64,000 nt of DNA from an uncultured Chloroflexia bacterium (GCA_963729445.1 CAVSNU010000003.1:770550-834549); one strand, 5' to 3'. Numbered from the stretch's first letter, positions 36,459 through 46,644 are shown. Numbers and translations are program-made. Notes: generated from the letters alone by a model not told the origin.

Positions 36459-38436
36459 CGTACGCCTCCCTTCTCGCCGAAGAGCGGACGGTCACCGGTG
36501 CGACGCTCGGAGCCGGCCAGAAGAGCACGGCCATCCCGACCAGGTAGACCGCGCCGCCGGCCCAGAGCCAGTTCACCAGCGGATTAATGAAAATCCGCAG
36601 ATGCGCGACACCGGCTTCGTCCCAGTCCAGGAGCATCACGTAGACGTCGTCAAAGCCCACGGTGTTGATCGCTACCCGGGTCGTGGTCTGATCTTCAAAG
36701 CCATCATAGGTGAAGCGGTTCGCCGTCATCGAACCGCGATCTTCGCCGCCCGAGGAGACGTTGACGTGGGCCGACACGACTCGGGCATCAGCGGTGCGCG
36801 TCTGTTCCAGCCGCTCGTAGCCGATGGTATATTCAGCCACATCCACCGATTCACCCGGGTTGAGAACCACCTGTCGCTCGGTGTTGAAGAACCACGAACC
36901 GATGATCCCGAGCGCCATGATGGCGACGCCCAGATGCACGATGTAGCCGCCATAGCGGCGTGGGTCACGCCGTGTCAGCCGGTACAACGCCAGCGGCACG
37001 CTGTCGCCGGCATTCTTGCGGCGCAGCTTCACTCCTCGGGTGTACTCGACAACGATTGCACCAACGGCGAAGATCACCGTCGCCACGCCAATCGCCGCGA
37101 GTGGCTGGCCGAAGAGCAGGAGCACGCCGGCCAGACCCAGGAGCGCGAATACGAATGGAATGCTCAACGAGCGCGTCAGCGTGTCGATCACCGTCCGGCG
37201 CCATGCCAGCAGCGGCCCAACGCCCATCAACAGGAGTAAGACCAGCAGCAACGGGCCGTTCACCTGGTTATAGAACGGTGCACCGACTGTGATCGCCGTC
37301 CCCTGGAAGGCCTCCGTCACCAGGGGGTAAATCGTGCCCCACATGGTGGCGAACGCAATGGCTGTGAAGACCAGGTTATTCAGCAGGAAGCCCGACTCCC
37401 GGGACCAGACGGATTCAAACGTGTTCTCCGCGCGCATCAGCGGCAGCCGCCAGATGAGCAGCGCTACAGACGCGGCGATCATCACCGTGAGGAAGCTGAG
37501 GAAGTACGGCCCAATATCGGACAGCGCGAATGAGTGCACCGACGAGATGAGTCCACTGCGGACGATAAATGTCCCAAAGATCGAGAGCAGGAAGGAGCTC
37601 AACAGCAGCGCGACGTTCCAGGTCTTGAGCATCCCCCGGCGCTCTTGCACCATGATCGAGTGCAGGAAGGCCGTCAGAGTCAGCCATGGCAGGAGTGACA
37701 CGTTCTCAACCGGATCCCAGGCCCAGTAGCCGCCCCACCCGAGCACATGGTAGGCCCACCAACCGCCGAGGAAAATCCCGGCGCTCAGCACCGCCCAGGA
37801 CACGAGCGCCCACCGTCGGACAAAGCGCAGCCAGTCGGTGGTCATCCTTCCTGTTACGAGCGCCGCTACGGTGATGGCAAATGGGATCGCCAGCGTGGCG
37901 AATCCTGAGAGCAGCATCGGCGGGTGAATGAGCATGCCTGGGTCCCGCAGCAACGGGTTCAGTCCTCGACCGTTCGCCAGCGTTACCTGGTTTACAGCGA
38001 ACGGCGTCGCGACAAAACTGAGGACGTAGAGGAGGAACCCGATGATAAGGAGCAGTGTGGCCGTGGCGTAGGGCACCAGCCCCGGGAAGCGCTCGCGATT
38101 CCTGGAGAAGGCGATCGCGCCAATCACGCTGACGATCAGCGTCCAGAAGAGCAGGCTGCCCTCCTGTCCACCATAGAACGCTGTAATGATGAAGTGCAGC
38201 GGCATGTCCCGGCTTGAGCGCCCGGAGACGTATGAGAGACTATAGTCGTGGGTGACAAACGCCACGAGCAAGATCCCCGCAGCGGTGGCGACAAGCACGG
38301 CCACGGCGATGAGTGCGCGGACCCCACTCAGTGTGAGATGTGGGATACGTTTTCGTTCCCCGACAACACTCAGGCCAATTCCAAAAATGGAAAGCGCCAG
38401 CGCTAGAAGAAGAGTGCCCTGTCCAAGCTGAGCCAA
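36439..38436 (-). CDS. ccmF: Cytochrome c heme lyase subunit CcmF
   Basis: Intact 665-aa polytopic ORF with the W-rich motif WGGYWAWDPVEN. Confidence 0.9.
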   Translation of the reverse strand: MAQLGQGTLLLALALSIFGIGLSVVGERKRIPHLTLSGVRALIAVAVLVATAAGILLVAFVTHDYSLSYVSGRSSRDMPLHFIITAFYGGQEGSLLFWTLIVSVIGAIAFSRNRERFPGLVPYATATLLLIIGFLLYVLSFVATPFAVNQVTLANGRGLNPLLRDPGMLIHPPMLLSGFATLAIPFAITVAALVTGRMTTDWLRFVRRWALVSWAVLSAGIFLGGWWAYHVLGWGGYWAWDPVENVSLLPWLTLTAFLHSIMVQERRGMLKTWNVALLLSSFLLSIFGTFIVRSGLISSVHSFALSDIGPYFLSFLTVMIAASVALLIWRLPLMRAENTFESVWSRESGFLLNNLVFTAIAFATMWGTIYPLVTEAFQGTAITVGAPFYNQVNGPLLLVLLLLMGVGPLLAWRRTVIDTLTRSLSIPFVFALLGLAGVLLLFGQPLAAIGVATVIFAVGAIVVEYTRGVKLRRKNAGDSVPLALYRLTRRDPRRYGGYIVHLGVAIMALGIIGSWFFNTERQVVLNPGESVDVAEYTIGYERLEQTRTADARVVSAHVNVSSGGEDRGSMTANRFTYDGFEDQTTTRVAINTVGFDDVYVMLLDWDEAGVAHLRIFINPLVNWLWAGGAVYLVGMAVLFWPAPSVAPVTVRSSARREAYGEASAD

Positions 38437-38450
38437 ATGGTCCTCACTCG

Positions 38451-38897
38451 CTAGCTCACGTCATCCTGGGTCTCAAAGCGCGATGGACACTTGGTTAAAA
38501 GCTCCGTGGCGACGAAGGTGCCGTCAGGCCCCAGCGTGCCGGTAGCGATGACTTCGGCGTGATCGGCGAAAATATCCGGGGCGGCGCCATCGTAAACGAC
38601 CGGGACATTGGAGACGCCATCGGTGATCTCGAAGCGCAGCTCCTCGCCGACTCCAGCCTTCACGATGGTACCGGGGACGACATCGCCGCCCACCCGGATC
38701 TGTTTGCCGGCGGCTGCATCCGTATTGGTATGCAGCTCGGCTACGGTCATATAGAATGACGCGCTTTCGCCTTGCATACCGTTATAAATCAGGAACGCGA
38801 CCGCCAGAACCAGCACACCGCCGGCTGCAAAGAAGCGCGTTGTCGAGCGGTTCTTTCTGCGTGCGACCGGCTGCGGCGCCAGGGTCTCGGAACTCAT
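38451..38897 (-). CDS. ccmE: Heme chaperone CcmE, Cys-type variant (CPSRF in place of HDENY)
   Basis: ORF 38451..38924. I prefer the ATG at 38897 (GAGGGGAG RBS). It has a TM anchor and an OB-fold (IRVGGDVVPGTI), and it ends ...FVATELLTKCPSRFETQDDVS. Confidence 0.85.
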   Translation of the reverse strand: MSSETLAPQPVARRKNRSTTRFFAAGGVLVLAVAFLIYNGMQGESASFYMTVAELHTNTDAAAGKQIRVGGDVVPGTIVKAGVGEELRFEITDGVSNVPVVYDGAAPDIFADHAEVIATGTLGPDGTFVATELLTKCPSRFETQDDVS

Positions 38898-38936
38898 GTT
38901 GCTCCCCTCAGCGTGCTGAAACAACGGAGGTACGTG

Positions 38937-39383
38937 TCACTCGACAAATCCGCGACCGTAGAGCGTTGCCAGGACGATTCCGAGTGTAAATGCAACACAG
39001 CCTAATGTAAGAATCAACTCGGAACTGGATCGTCGGTTACGCCGTCTCCGGGATCGAACCCGGGAACGCACCAGGGCAAACGCCCATAACGCGGCAAGGA
39101 TTTTGGCTCCAAGCAAGGCGGCATAGGTCACCCCGCCGCGCCCATCCGACAGGCGCTCGAATGTCAGCACCGCGCCGGATCCCAGTAAGACGATCGTGGC
39201 GAACCCGGCCCACTCGCCGTACGCCCGCTGCGCCGCCGCGACGACAGCCTGCCCGGCTGAATCCGCTTCCTGCAAGGCCGGGCGCAACGCCAGAACGAAG
39301 TATACCCCGCCACTGAGCCACACGACCGCAGCCACGCTGTGCGCTACCCGCAGCCCGACAAGCATCCAATCAGAGGGCGTCAC
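38937..39383 (-). CDS. Hypothetical 4-TM membrane protein within the ccm operon
   Basis: Intact 148-aa ORF between ccdA and ccmE. It is hydrophobic with an Arg-rich loop (RSRVRSRRRRNRRSS). No family recognised. Confidence 0.45.
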   Translation of the reverse strand: MTPSDWMLVGLRVAHSVAAVVWLSGGVYFVLALRPALQEADSAGQAVVAAAQRAYGEWAGFATIVLLGSGAVLTFERLSDGRGGVTYAALLGAKILAALWAFALVRSRVRSRRRRNRRSSSELILTLGCVAFTLGIVLATLYGRGFVE

Positions 39384-39413
39384 GTGATCTCAGCCACCTA
39401 GCGTACGTGAAAA

Positions 39414-40127
39414 CTAGCCGAGCAGGCGCTGGCTGACGATAGCAATCCGGAACACTTGCCCCGACATGAAGAGCAGCCCCAGCGCCATGAGCGTCACGCC
39501 GCTGATGGCCCCCACCACCTGCGCCCTGCGCGTAAAGAACCGCACCACCTGCTGAAACTGACTCAGTCCCAGGCCGGTTAGAATGAAGGGCAAACCCAGA
39601 CCGAGCGAGTAGGCGAACAGGAGCAGTGTGCCTTCACGCACGCCTTCCACTGTGCTGGTAACCACGAGGATCGACGCCAGAATCGGACCGAAACAGGGCG
39701 TCCATCCCAGCCCGAAGACCATGCCCATCAGCAGCGTCTCGGACGAGCTAAAACGACGCGGCGTAAAGTGGATCTTGCGCTCGCGCATCAACATCGGCAC
39801 CCGAAAGCCCCAGAGCACGATGAGTCCCATGAGCAGCATGACCGCACCTGATACCTGGATCAGCTCACGCCGGTAGTCATCGAGGAACGTTCCGAAGACA
39901 GACGCCGAGGCGCCGAGGGTAACGAAGACGAGCGTGAAGCCGAGGACAAACACGATACTCGGCCAGAGGAAACGTGACCGTCTACGTGTTGCATCCTGCT
40001 CCGTACCAGCCGATCCGGTAATGAGTGTCAGATAGCCTGGGACGAGAGGAGCAACACACGGCGAGAGAAACGACAGTACGCCGGCACCAAAAGCGGCAAA
40101 GAGACCGGCGACCGAGAGTCCGATCAT
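39414..40127 (-). CDS. ccdA: Cytochrome c biogenesis thiol:disulfide electron transporter CcdA (DsbD-core family)
   Basis: Intact 237-aa ORF. The two conserved membrane Cys motifs are present: SFLSPCVAPLVPGYL and GWTPCFGPILASIL. Confidence 0.85.
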   Translation of the reverse strand: MIGLSVAGLFAAFGAGVLSFLSPCVAPLVPGYLTLITGSAGTEQDATRRRSRFLWPSIVFVLGFTLVFVTLGASASVFGTFLDDYRRELIQVSGAVMLLMGLIVLWGFRVPMLMRERKIHFTPRRFSSSETLLMGMVFGLGWTPCFGPILASILVVTSTVEGVREGTLLLFAYSLGLGLPFILTGLGLSQFQQVVRFFTRRAQVVGAISGVTLMALGLLFMSGQVFRIAIVSQRLLG

Positions 40128-40789
40128 CGGGCCAGAGCCACCATCTCGCGAATCTGTCCGATGTTCTTGAACTCACCCCAGAAATAGGTCTCGATCTCGC
40201 CATCAGCATTGACGACATATGTCTCCGGCACGCCGGTCACGCCATACTCCACAGCAAGCGAGGTCGAGTTATCATCCTCGATGACGGGATATGAGACGTT
40301 GATACGATCGAGAAACGCCGCGGCAGCCTCGTGCGTGTCCAGGACATTCACTCCGACGACCACCACGTCGCTATCGGCAAACTCCGCCGCCGCCTGGTCC
40401 AACATCGGCATCTCGTTCAGGCACGGTTCGCACCAGCTCGCCCAGAAGTTAAGGACGACAATTTGTCCCCGGTAATCGGACAATCTGAAGGTAGAGCCGT
40501 CGAAGTTCGCCAGCTCAAAGTCGGGGGCTGGGCTGGGATTGTCATAGACGATGACGCCCGAGTCGGTCACCGTCTGCCCTGAATCAACTCTGGCGGAGGA
40601 AGGCGCAAACAGCGCGTACGCCAGGATGCCCAACAACCCCACAACCAGCGTGCCGGCGAGGATCGGAATCACGCGGGTTCGGATGACATTGGAGGTACCC
40701 GGGTTCTCAGGTTCTGTTGGCGCCTGCACAGCGTCCGAACCGAGTTGCCCTGCGTCATGTGCGTCGCTCACCATGGGAATATCTTTCAA
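40124..40789 (-). CDS. Membrane-anchored thioredoxin-like protein (TlpA/ResA/CcmG type)
   Basis: Intact 221-aa ORF with a TM anchor. It has VVLNFWASWCEPC (CxxC) and a 4-nt overlap with ccdA. Confidence 0.85.
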   Translation of the reverse strand: MKDIPMVSDAHDAGQLGSDAVQAPTEPENPGTSNVIRTRVIPILAGTLVVGLLGILAYALFAPSSARVDSGQTVTDSGVIVYDNPSPAPDFELANFDGSTFRLSDYRGQIVVLNFWASWCEPCLNEMPMLDQAAAEFADSDVVVVGVNVLDTHEAAAAFLDRINVSYPVIEDDNSTSLAVEYGVTGVPETYVVNADGEIETYFWGEFKNIGQIREMVALAR

Positions 40790-40832
40790 GGTTGCAAGCG
40801 ATACGGCGGACCGAGGAGGAACCCAGAAGTAT

Positions 40833-40917
40833 TGGTGGGGGAAGAGGGACTCGAACCCTCACACCTTGCGGTACATGCTCCTAAGGCATGCGCGTCTGCC
40901 AATTCCGCCATCCCCCC
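40833..40917 (-). tRNA. tRNA-Leu (anticodon UAG), CCA encoded
   Basis: My manual fold of the minus strand covers 85 nt. The acceptor is GGGGGGA/UUCCCCC (one G-U pair) and the D-arm is GCG-GAAUUGGCAGA-CGC. The anticodon stem is CAUGC/GCAUG with loop CU-UAG-GA. There is a long variable arm (UACCGCAAGGUGU). The T-arm is GAGGG-UUCGAGU-CCCUC, followed by discriminator A and CCA. Confidence 0.85.
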
Positions 40918-41114
40918 AAGTTTCTTGGCCAAAGTATAGCAGCGGAGAGCTCCATCTCACCGCCTGAACGGGATAATCCTGCGAGTTGGGCACGGTTATG
41001 GGCTCCGTGCGCCCCACGTCAGAGCAGCACCGTCCGACTTGATCATACTGAGTAGCCAGCCATGGTGCACGCGTCACCGGGTGCTGGCTGGAGGTGCCGG
41101 GGACCCGGGAGCGC

Positions 41115-41142
41115 ACAACAAAGGGGCGCATAGTTGCGCCCC
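41115..41142 (-). terminator. Rho-independent terminator of the iscA-like gene
   Basis: GGGGCGCA-ACUA-UGCGCCCC followed by UUUGUUGU on the minus-strand RNA, about 30 nt below the stop at 41175. Confidence 0.55.
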
Positions 41143-41174
41143 TCGCTGTTCGTCTAGTGTTGGTGTCGAAGCGA

Positions 41175-41558
41175 TTAGGCTCCGCAGCCGCAACCCTGAG
41201 CCGTGGCCGTGTTACCGCCGGCATCGAAGGAGTGACCGCAAGCGCAGCCCGCAACAGCGTTCGGGTTGCGAACTGTGAATCCGCCGCCCATCAGGCTGTT
41301 GACGTAGTCAATCTCGGCACCGCCGAGGTACATGGCCGAAAACTCGTCGACCAGAAGGCGAACGCCCTTCATCTCAACGACGGTGTCGCCCTCTTCAACT
41401 TCTTCTTCGACAGACATTCCGTACTGCAAACCAGAGCATCCGCCCGGTGCCACGAAGACGCGCAGCGCATAGCCCTTCGTGCCCTGGTCCTCAAGGAATG
41501 ACTCCAACTGGCTGACGGCCTCGTCGGTGATCGAAATCATCGTAGCCGTAGTGGACAT
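41175..41558 (-). CDS. iscA: A-type Fe-S cluster carrier (HesB/IscA/ErpA family) with a Cys-rich C-terminal extension
   Basis: ORF 41175..41582. I prefer the ATG at 41558 (AAAGGGG RBS). Motifs are GYALRVFVAPGGCSGLQY and FTVRNPNAVAGCACGHSF, plus an extra tail DAGGNTATAQGCGCGA. Confidence 0.8.
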   Translation of the reverse strand: MSTTATMISITDEAVSQLESFLEDQGTKGYALRVFVAPGGCSGLQYGMSVEEEVEEGDTVVEMKGVRLLVDEFSAMYLGGAEIDYVNSLMGGGFTVRNPNAVAGCACGHSFDAGGNTATAQGCGCGA

Positions 41559-41724
41559 GGAAGTGACCCCTTTCGTCTGCACGTCGCGTTAATCGAGTGC
41601 TTTCTATCTATGTCAGTATATTTCTCAAGATTCCAAACTACATTAATGATATCGCATGTGTCAATATTCGGGCGTAGGCATACCCATCGCAAACGCTTGC
41701 TCACAGGTCCCCTGCACGCAAATG

Positions 41725-42854
41725 TTACCCAACGAGAATCTGGCCCAGGTGTCCTCGAACCTTCTCGCCGAACTCGGTGGTGCCTACGGGCTGCGATCCG
41801 GGCAGCGGCAGATCGGCCGTGCGAATGCCCTCTTCGAGTGTCGCATTCACAGCCGACTCGATCGCGTTGGCCTCCTCTTCAAGACCAAACGAGATCCGCA
41901 ACATCATCGCCGCCGAAAGGATCGCGCCGCAAGGGTTCGCTCGATTCTGACCGGCGATATCCGGGGCCGAGCCATGAATCGGCTCGTACATGCCAAACTG
42001 CACGCGCGGAGGTACCCTCGCGCGTTGGTGCCCGGCCACTCAAGCTGGCCGACGGGAGCATCCCCAGTGAGCCGGCCAGCACAGCCGCCTCGTCGCTCAG
42101 GATGTCGCCAAACATGTTCTCCATGACCATCACGTCGTAGTCGGTTGGCCGCAGCAACAACCGCATCGCGCATGAATCCACCAGGGCGTGCTCCAGCTCG
42201 ACGTCGGGATGCTGCTCGGCCACCTCGTTCGCGACCGTGCGCCACAGCCGTGACGACGCCATGACGTTCGCTTTGTCAACGCTGGTGACCTTGTTGCGCC
42301 TGCCCTTGGCGAGCTCGAAACCGAGCTCGATCAGGCGCTGCATCTCCGACTCGCGTGTACACCAGCGTGTCGATCGCGCTCCGGCCCTCAGACGTCACGC
42401 GTTGCTCGGAAGGCTTGCCGAAGTAGATGCCGCCGGTCAGCTCGCGGACGATCAGCATGTCGGTGCCGCGCACGATGTCCGCCTTCAGCGGTGAGGCGTC
42501 AACGAGCGCGTCCAGCACCTTGATCGGACGCAGGTTGGCAAACAACCCCAGCCGCTGGCGCAGCCCGAGCAGTCCTGCCTCCGGACGAATCTCCGGCGCG
42601 ACACTCTCCCACTTCGGGCCACCGACGGCGCCAAGCAGTACAGAATCCGAGCTAGCCGCCATCTCAGCGTCTGCGTCACGCAGAGGCACGCCGTGGGCGT
42701 CGATCGCGGCGCCGCCGATCTTGGCCTCCGCCCAGACGAATGTAACCGGCCGCGCATCGGCAACCAGCTCAAGCGTCTGCCGTGCCTCCCGGAGCACTTC
42801 GGGGCCGACCCCATCTCCGGGAAGGCAGAGAATCTGGAATGTCTGTGCTGTCAT
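41725..42854 (-). pseudogene. leuB: 3-isopropylmalate dehydrogenase; 2 frame breaks as sequenced
   Basis: ORF 42276..42854 gives ILCLPGDGVGPEV...LLGAVGGPKW...LRPIK...LIVRELTGGIYFG. The first break is at about 42345. ORF 41879..42343 gives [12 protein letters not shown]...[28 protein letters not shown]. The second break is at about 42030. ORF 41725..42039 gives [30 protein letters not shown]. Confidence 0.9.
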
Positions 42855-43360
42855 CCGGCCGCCTGTCGCGCTTTCACCCGGGCCGCCACCGCCTCCATCA
42901 GCCCACCGGAGTTGATGATCTCCTGGACGTACGGTGCATGCTGCGTGGCGGAGTATTCCTTGCCGGTGCGCACGTTGAGGACCATACCTTCAGAGGTATC
43001 GATCTCCAGAATGTCACCGTTTTCGGCTTCCTCAACCGCCTCCGGACATTCAACCAGCGGCATGCCAATGTTGATCGAATTGCGATAGAAGATGCGGGCA
43101 TATGACTCCGCGACGACCACCGACACTCCGGCGCCCTTGATCGCAATCGGCGCGTGCTCGCGCGAGGATCCGCAGCCGAAGTTCTTGCCGGCCACGATAA
43201 TGTCGCCCTCTTCGACCTTTCCCGCAAATGCGGGATCGATGTCTTCCATGACGTGCTCAGCCAGCTCCTTGGCATCAGACGTCAACAGGTAGCGTGCCGG
43301 GATGATGACATCGGTATCGATATCGTCGCCGAACTTCCAGACTTTTCCTCGAAATTGCAT
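42851..43360 (-). CDS. leuD: 3-isopropylmalate dehydratase small subunit
   Basis: Intact 169-aa ORF with [21 protein letters not shown] and [14 protein letters not shown]. Confidence 0.9.
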   Translation of the reverse strand: MQFRGKVWKFGDDIDTDVIIPARYLLTSDAKELAEHVMEDIDPAFAGKVEEGDIIVAGKNFGCGSSREHAPIAIKGAGVSVVVAESYARIFYRNSINIGMPLVECPEAVEEAENGDILEIDTSEGMVLNVRTGKEYSATQHAPYVQEIINSGGLMEAVAARVKARQAAG

Positions 43361-43396
43361 CCTTGCGTCCCTCTCGTGTCGTGCAGGATTCGCCCT

Positions 43397-44657
43397 CTAG
43401 TTCAACTGGCTGGGCGCGGCGACTTTGCCCATGACCGCACTGGCGGCAGCGACCATCGGGCCGCAGAGGATGATTTCAGCGTTACGGTGGCCCATCCGGC
43501 CCCGGAAGTTACGGTTCGTGGTCGAGACGCAGCGCTCGCCCTCGGCCAGGACACCCATGTAGCCACCCAGGCAGGGTCCACAGGTCGAGGTGCTCCAGAC
43601 GGCGCCGGCGTCCATGAAGATGTCGGCCAGTCCCTCTTTGGACGCCTGCCGATGGACCTGCTGGCTGCCGGGAATGACGATGCAGCGCACGGACGGGTGC
43701 ACCTGGCGGCCCTTGAGAATCTCAGCCGCAGCGCGCAGATCCGATAGCCGGCCGTTGGTGCAGGAACCGATCACCACCTGGTGGATCGGCATGTCCTCGA
43801 CCTCGTCGGCGTTGTGCACGTTCGACGGCAGGTGCGGCAACGCTACCACCGGTTTGAGGTTCGTGACGTCGATCTCGACGATCCGCTCGTACTTCGCGTC
43901 CGGATCGGAATAGACGGGCTCGTAGGGACGATCGGTTACCTCGTCGAGGAACGCCTTCGTCTTGTCGTCGAACGCAAACAGGCCGGTGTCGCCGCCCGCC
44001 TCGATGGCCATGTTGCACATCGCGATGCGGTCATCCAGCGGTAGAGCGTCGACCACCGGACCGGTGAACTCGAGCACCATATTGCGCGCACCGTCCACGC
44101 CAATGATGCCGATGGTGTGCAGAATCAGGTCTTTCCCGCCGATGCCTGTCGGGCAGCGTGCCGGTGTAGACCACCTTGATCGACGGTGGAACGCGCACCC
44201 AGGTTGTCCCCAACGCCATCGCGGCCGCGATGTCGGTCGAGCCCATGCCCGTCGAGAAGCTGTTGAACGCGCCGTAGGTGCAGGTATGCGAGTCCGCACC
44301 GATGATGATCTCACCCGGCAAGGTCAGGCCGTTCTCCGGCAGCACGACATGCTCGATGCCGGCCCGGCCAAGCTCGAAGTAGAGCGTGCCCTGTTCGTGC
44401 GCGAACTCGCGCATGATCTTGGCGTTCTCAGCCGCTCGGATATCCTTGGCCGGCACGAAGTGGTCCGGCACAAAGACGACCTTCTGCGGGTCGAAGACGT
44501 TCTCCAACCCGGACTTCTTGAACTCTTGGATCGAGAGCGGCGCGGTGACGTCGTTCGTCATCACCAGATCGACCGCAACCTCAACAATCTCGCCTGGAGT
44601 TACCGATTCCCGACCCGCACCGCGGGCCAGAATCTTCTCCGCCATTGTTGCGCCCAC
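43397..44657 (-). pseudogene. leuC: 3-isopropylmalate dehydratase large subunit; 1 frame break as sequenced
   Basis: ORF 44031..44657 gives MAEKILARGAG...DLVMTNDVTAP...IGADSHTCTYGAFN...VVYTGTLP. The break is at about 44155. ORF 43397..44314 gives GIGGKDLILHTIGIIGVDGA...VIGSCTNGRLSDL...STCGPCLG...STTNRNFRGRMG. The start may be the ATG at 44645. Confidence 0.9.
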
Positions 44658-46224
44658 TTAGACCGCACCCTTCGCCCGCTCTGGGGCAGTTGCCGCAACC
44701 GCGGCACGATTCAGCGCCGCCACATAGGCTTTGACGCTGGCTTCAATAATGTCGGTGGCCACCCCGCGACCGGTGAAGACAGTTCCGTCTACAGAGATCC
44801 GAACTGTTACCGACCCCTGGGCATCTTCGCCCGGTGTTACCGCGTCGATCGAGAACTTCTCGAGTGTCGTTCTCGATCCCGGTGACTGAATCGATCGCCG
44901 AGAAGAGCGCTTCGATCTGACCGTTGCCGTTGCCGGTAGCCTCACGCTCGCGGCCATGCACGTCGATCATCACGGCTGCTTCCGCGCCTCCGTCTGCTCC
45001 GGAATGGGCGCGCCAGTCGATAACTCGCAACGGCTGTGCTTCCCCGTTGCGCAGATTATCTTCGACAATCGCGACAATGTCTGCGTCACTCACGTGCTTC
45101 TTGCGGTCCGTCAGCTCGATAAAGCGCTGATAGAGTATTTGCGAGCGATCCGCGTCGATATCGTAGCCGAGATCCTGGAGTTTGGAGCGAAATCCGGCTC
45201 GGCCTGAGTGTTTGCCCATAACGAGCTTGGTTGAAGCCCAGCCAACCGACTCCGGCGTCATGATCTCGTAGGTGTCGCGGTTCTTCAGCATGCCGTCCTG
45301 GTGGATGCCGGCCTCGTGGGCGAATGCGTTCGCGCCAACAATCGCCTTGTTCGGCTGAACCTGGAAATCGGTCACTCGCGTGATGAGCTTGCTCGACGGA
45401 ACCAGCTCAACCGCGTTGACCCGCGTATCAACCTGACCGTAGAAGTCCCGCCGCGTGCGCAGCGCCATGACGACCTCTTCAAGGGAGGTGTTGCCGGCGC
45501 GCTCGCCAATTCCGTTGATGGTGACCTCAACCTGGCGGGCTCCCGCCTCGACTGCGGCCAGCGTGTTGGCAGTCGCCATCCCCAGATCGTTATGGCAGTG
45601 TACCGAGATGACCACGTTCTCAATGCCCGGCGTGTTCGCCTTCAGGTACTGGATCAAGCGCGTAAACTCGGCCGGCGTCGTGTAGCCGACGGTGTCGGGA
45701 ACGTTCAGGGTCGTCGCGCCCTCTTCGATCACCGCGGCGAAGATACGACACAGAAAATCCCAGTCGCTGCGGGTGGCGTCCTCAGCAGAGAACTCGACGT
45801 CAGACAGGTAGCCCTTACAGCGCCTGACCGCGGCCCGCGCGATCTCCACGACCTCATCCGGGCTCTTCCTGAGCTTGTGCTCCATGTGCACCGGCGATGT
45901 CGCGACAAAGGTGTGGATCCGTGGTGTCTCGGCGTGCTGCACCGCCTCCCAGGCCGCGTCGATGTCGCCTGGGTTGGTCCGCGCCAGTCCGGCAACGACG
46001 ACGCCCTTGATCTCCTTGGCGATGGTGCGCACGGCGTCAAGGTCGCCGGGCGATGCGGCCGGAAACCCGGCCTCCATAATATCGACGCCCAACCTCGCCA
46101 GCTGGCGGGCAACTTCTATCTTTTCAGCTGTATTCATCGTGCCGCCGGGAGATTGCTCCCCGTCGCGCAGGGTTGTATCAAATACCAGTACGCGGTCGCC
46201 CATGATCACGCTCTCTTTCTGCAT
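44658..46224 (-). pseudogene. leuA: 2-isopropylmalate synthase; 1 frame break near the C-terminal regulatory domain
   Basis: Within ORF 44743..46437 the real start is MQKESVIMGDRVLVFDTTLRDGEQSPG (ATG at 46224 or 46203). [17 protein letters not shown] is present. After ...EALFSAIDSVTGI the tail TTLEKFSIDAVTPGEDAQGSVTVRISVDGTVFTGRGVATDIIEASVKAYVAALN lies in ORF 44658..44957. The break is at about 44875. Confidence 0.9.
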
Positions 46225-46369
46225 CGCACTGCTGTTTCCATAATATACCCCTCCTGGCCCCCGATTGGGAGCTAGATAAGGGAGAGGTGCACGCTGGAAG
46301 AACACAGAAACCCGCAGAACTGATCCGATCGTCTGTCGAATGACAAGGCCACTACATGCTCCAAAACAC

Positions 46370-46640
46370 AAAAAAACCCCGCCCCTGAAAGGGACGAGGA
46401 TTACCCGCGGTACCACCCTTGTTAGCTGGCAGCTCATCCGTCATCTCGGTCGAGAAAACGATGCTACTACCAACTCACTCAGCACGCGATAACGGGCGAA
46501 CCCGGCTGGGGCTGGGTCAATTGACCGTTACCCCCGCGGCTCAGGCGCGAGTTCGCATTCTTGTTCTCCACCGGATTCACACCCAACACCGGCTCGCTGC
46601 GGGAACTCGAACGCTACTACTCACCGTCGTAGCCTTGCGC
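46370..46640 (-). promoter_or_regulatory. T-box riboswitch leader (probable Leu specifier) controlling leuA-leuC-leuD-leuB
   Basis: The minus-strand RNA reads ...AACAAGGGUGGUACCGCGGGUAAUCCUCGUCCCUUUCAGGGGCGGGGUUUUUUU. This contains the canonical T-box core GGGUGGUACCGCG (46404-46418) next to the terminator CCUCGUCCC/GGGGCGGGG + U7 (46370-46399). Upstream Stem-I-like elements are GGUGAGUAGUA, an AGCGA bulge, a distal loop GGGUGUGAA, and GAA-CUC-G (CUC at 46549-46551). Confidence 0.75.
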
Positions 46641-46644
46641 TGTG

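Noticed and set aside
40551-40967. + ORFs 40551..40967 and 40745..40939 and minus ORF 40859..41254 around 40.8-41.2 kb
   Set aside because: They overlap a cleanly folding tRNA-Leu and its flanks, and there is no coding signal.
40833-41175. tRNA-Leu as an integration hotspot (genomic island or prophage boundary)
   Set aside because: There is no integrase, no direct repeat of the tRNA 3' end, and no compositional shift on either side. The neighbours are core ccm and Fe-S/leu genes.
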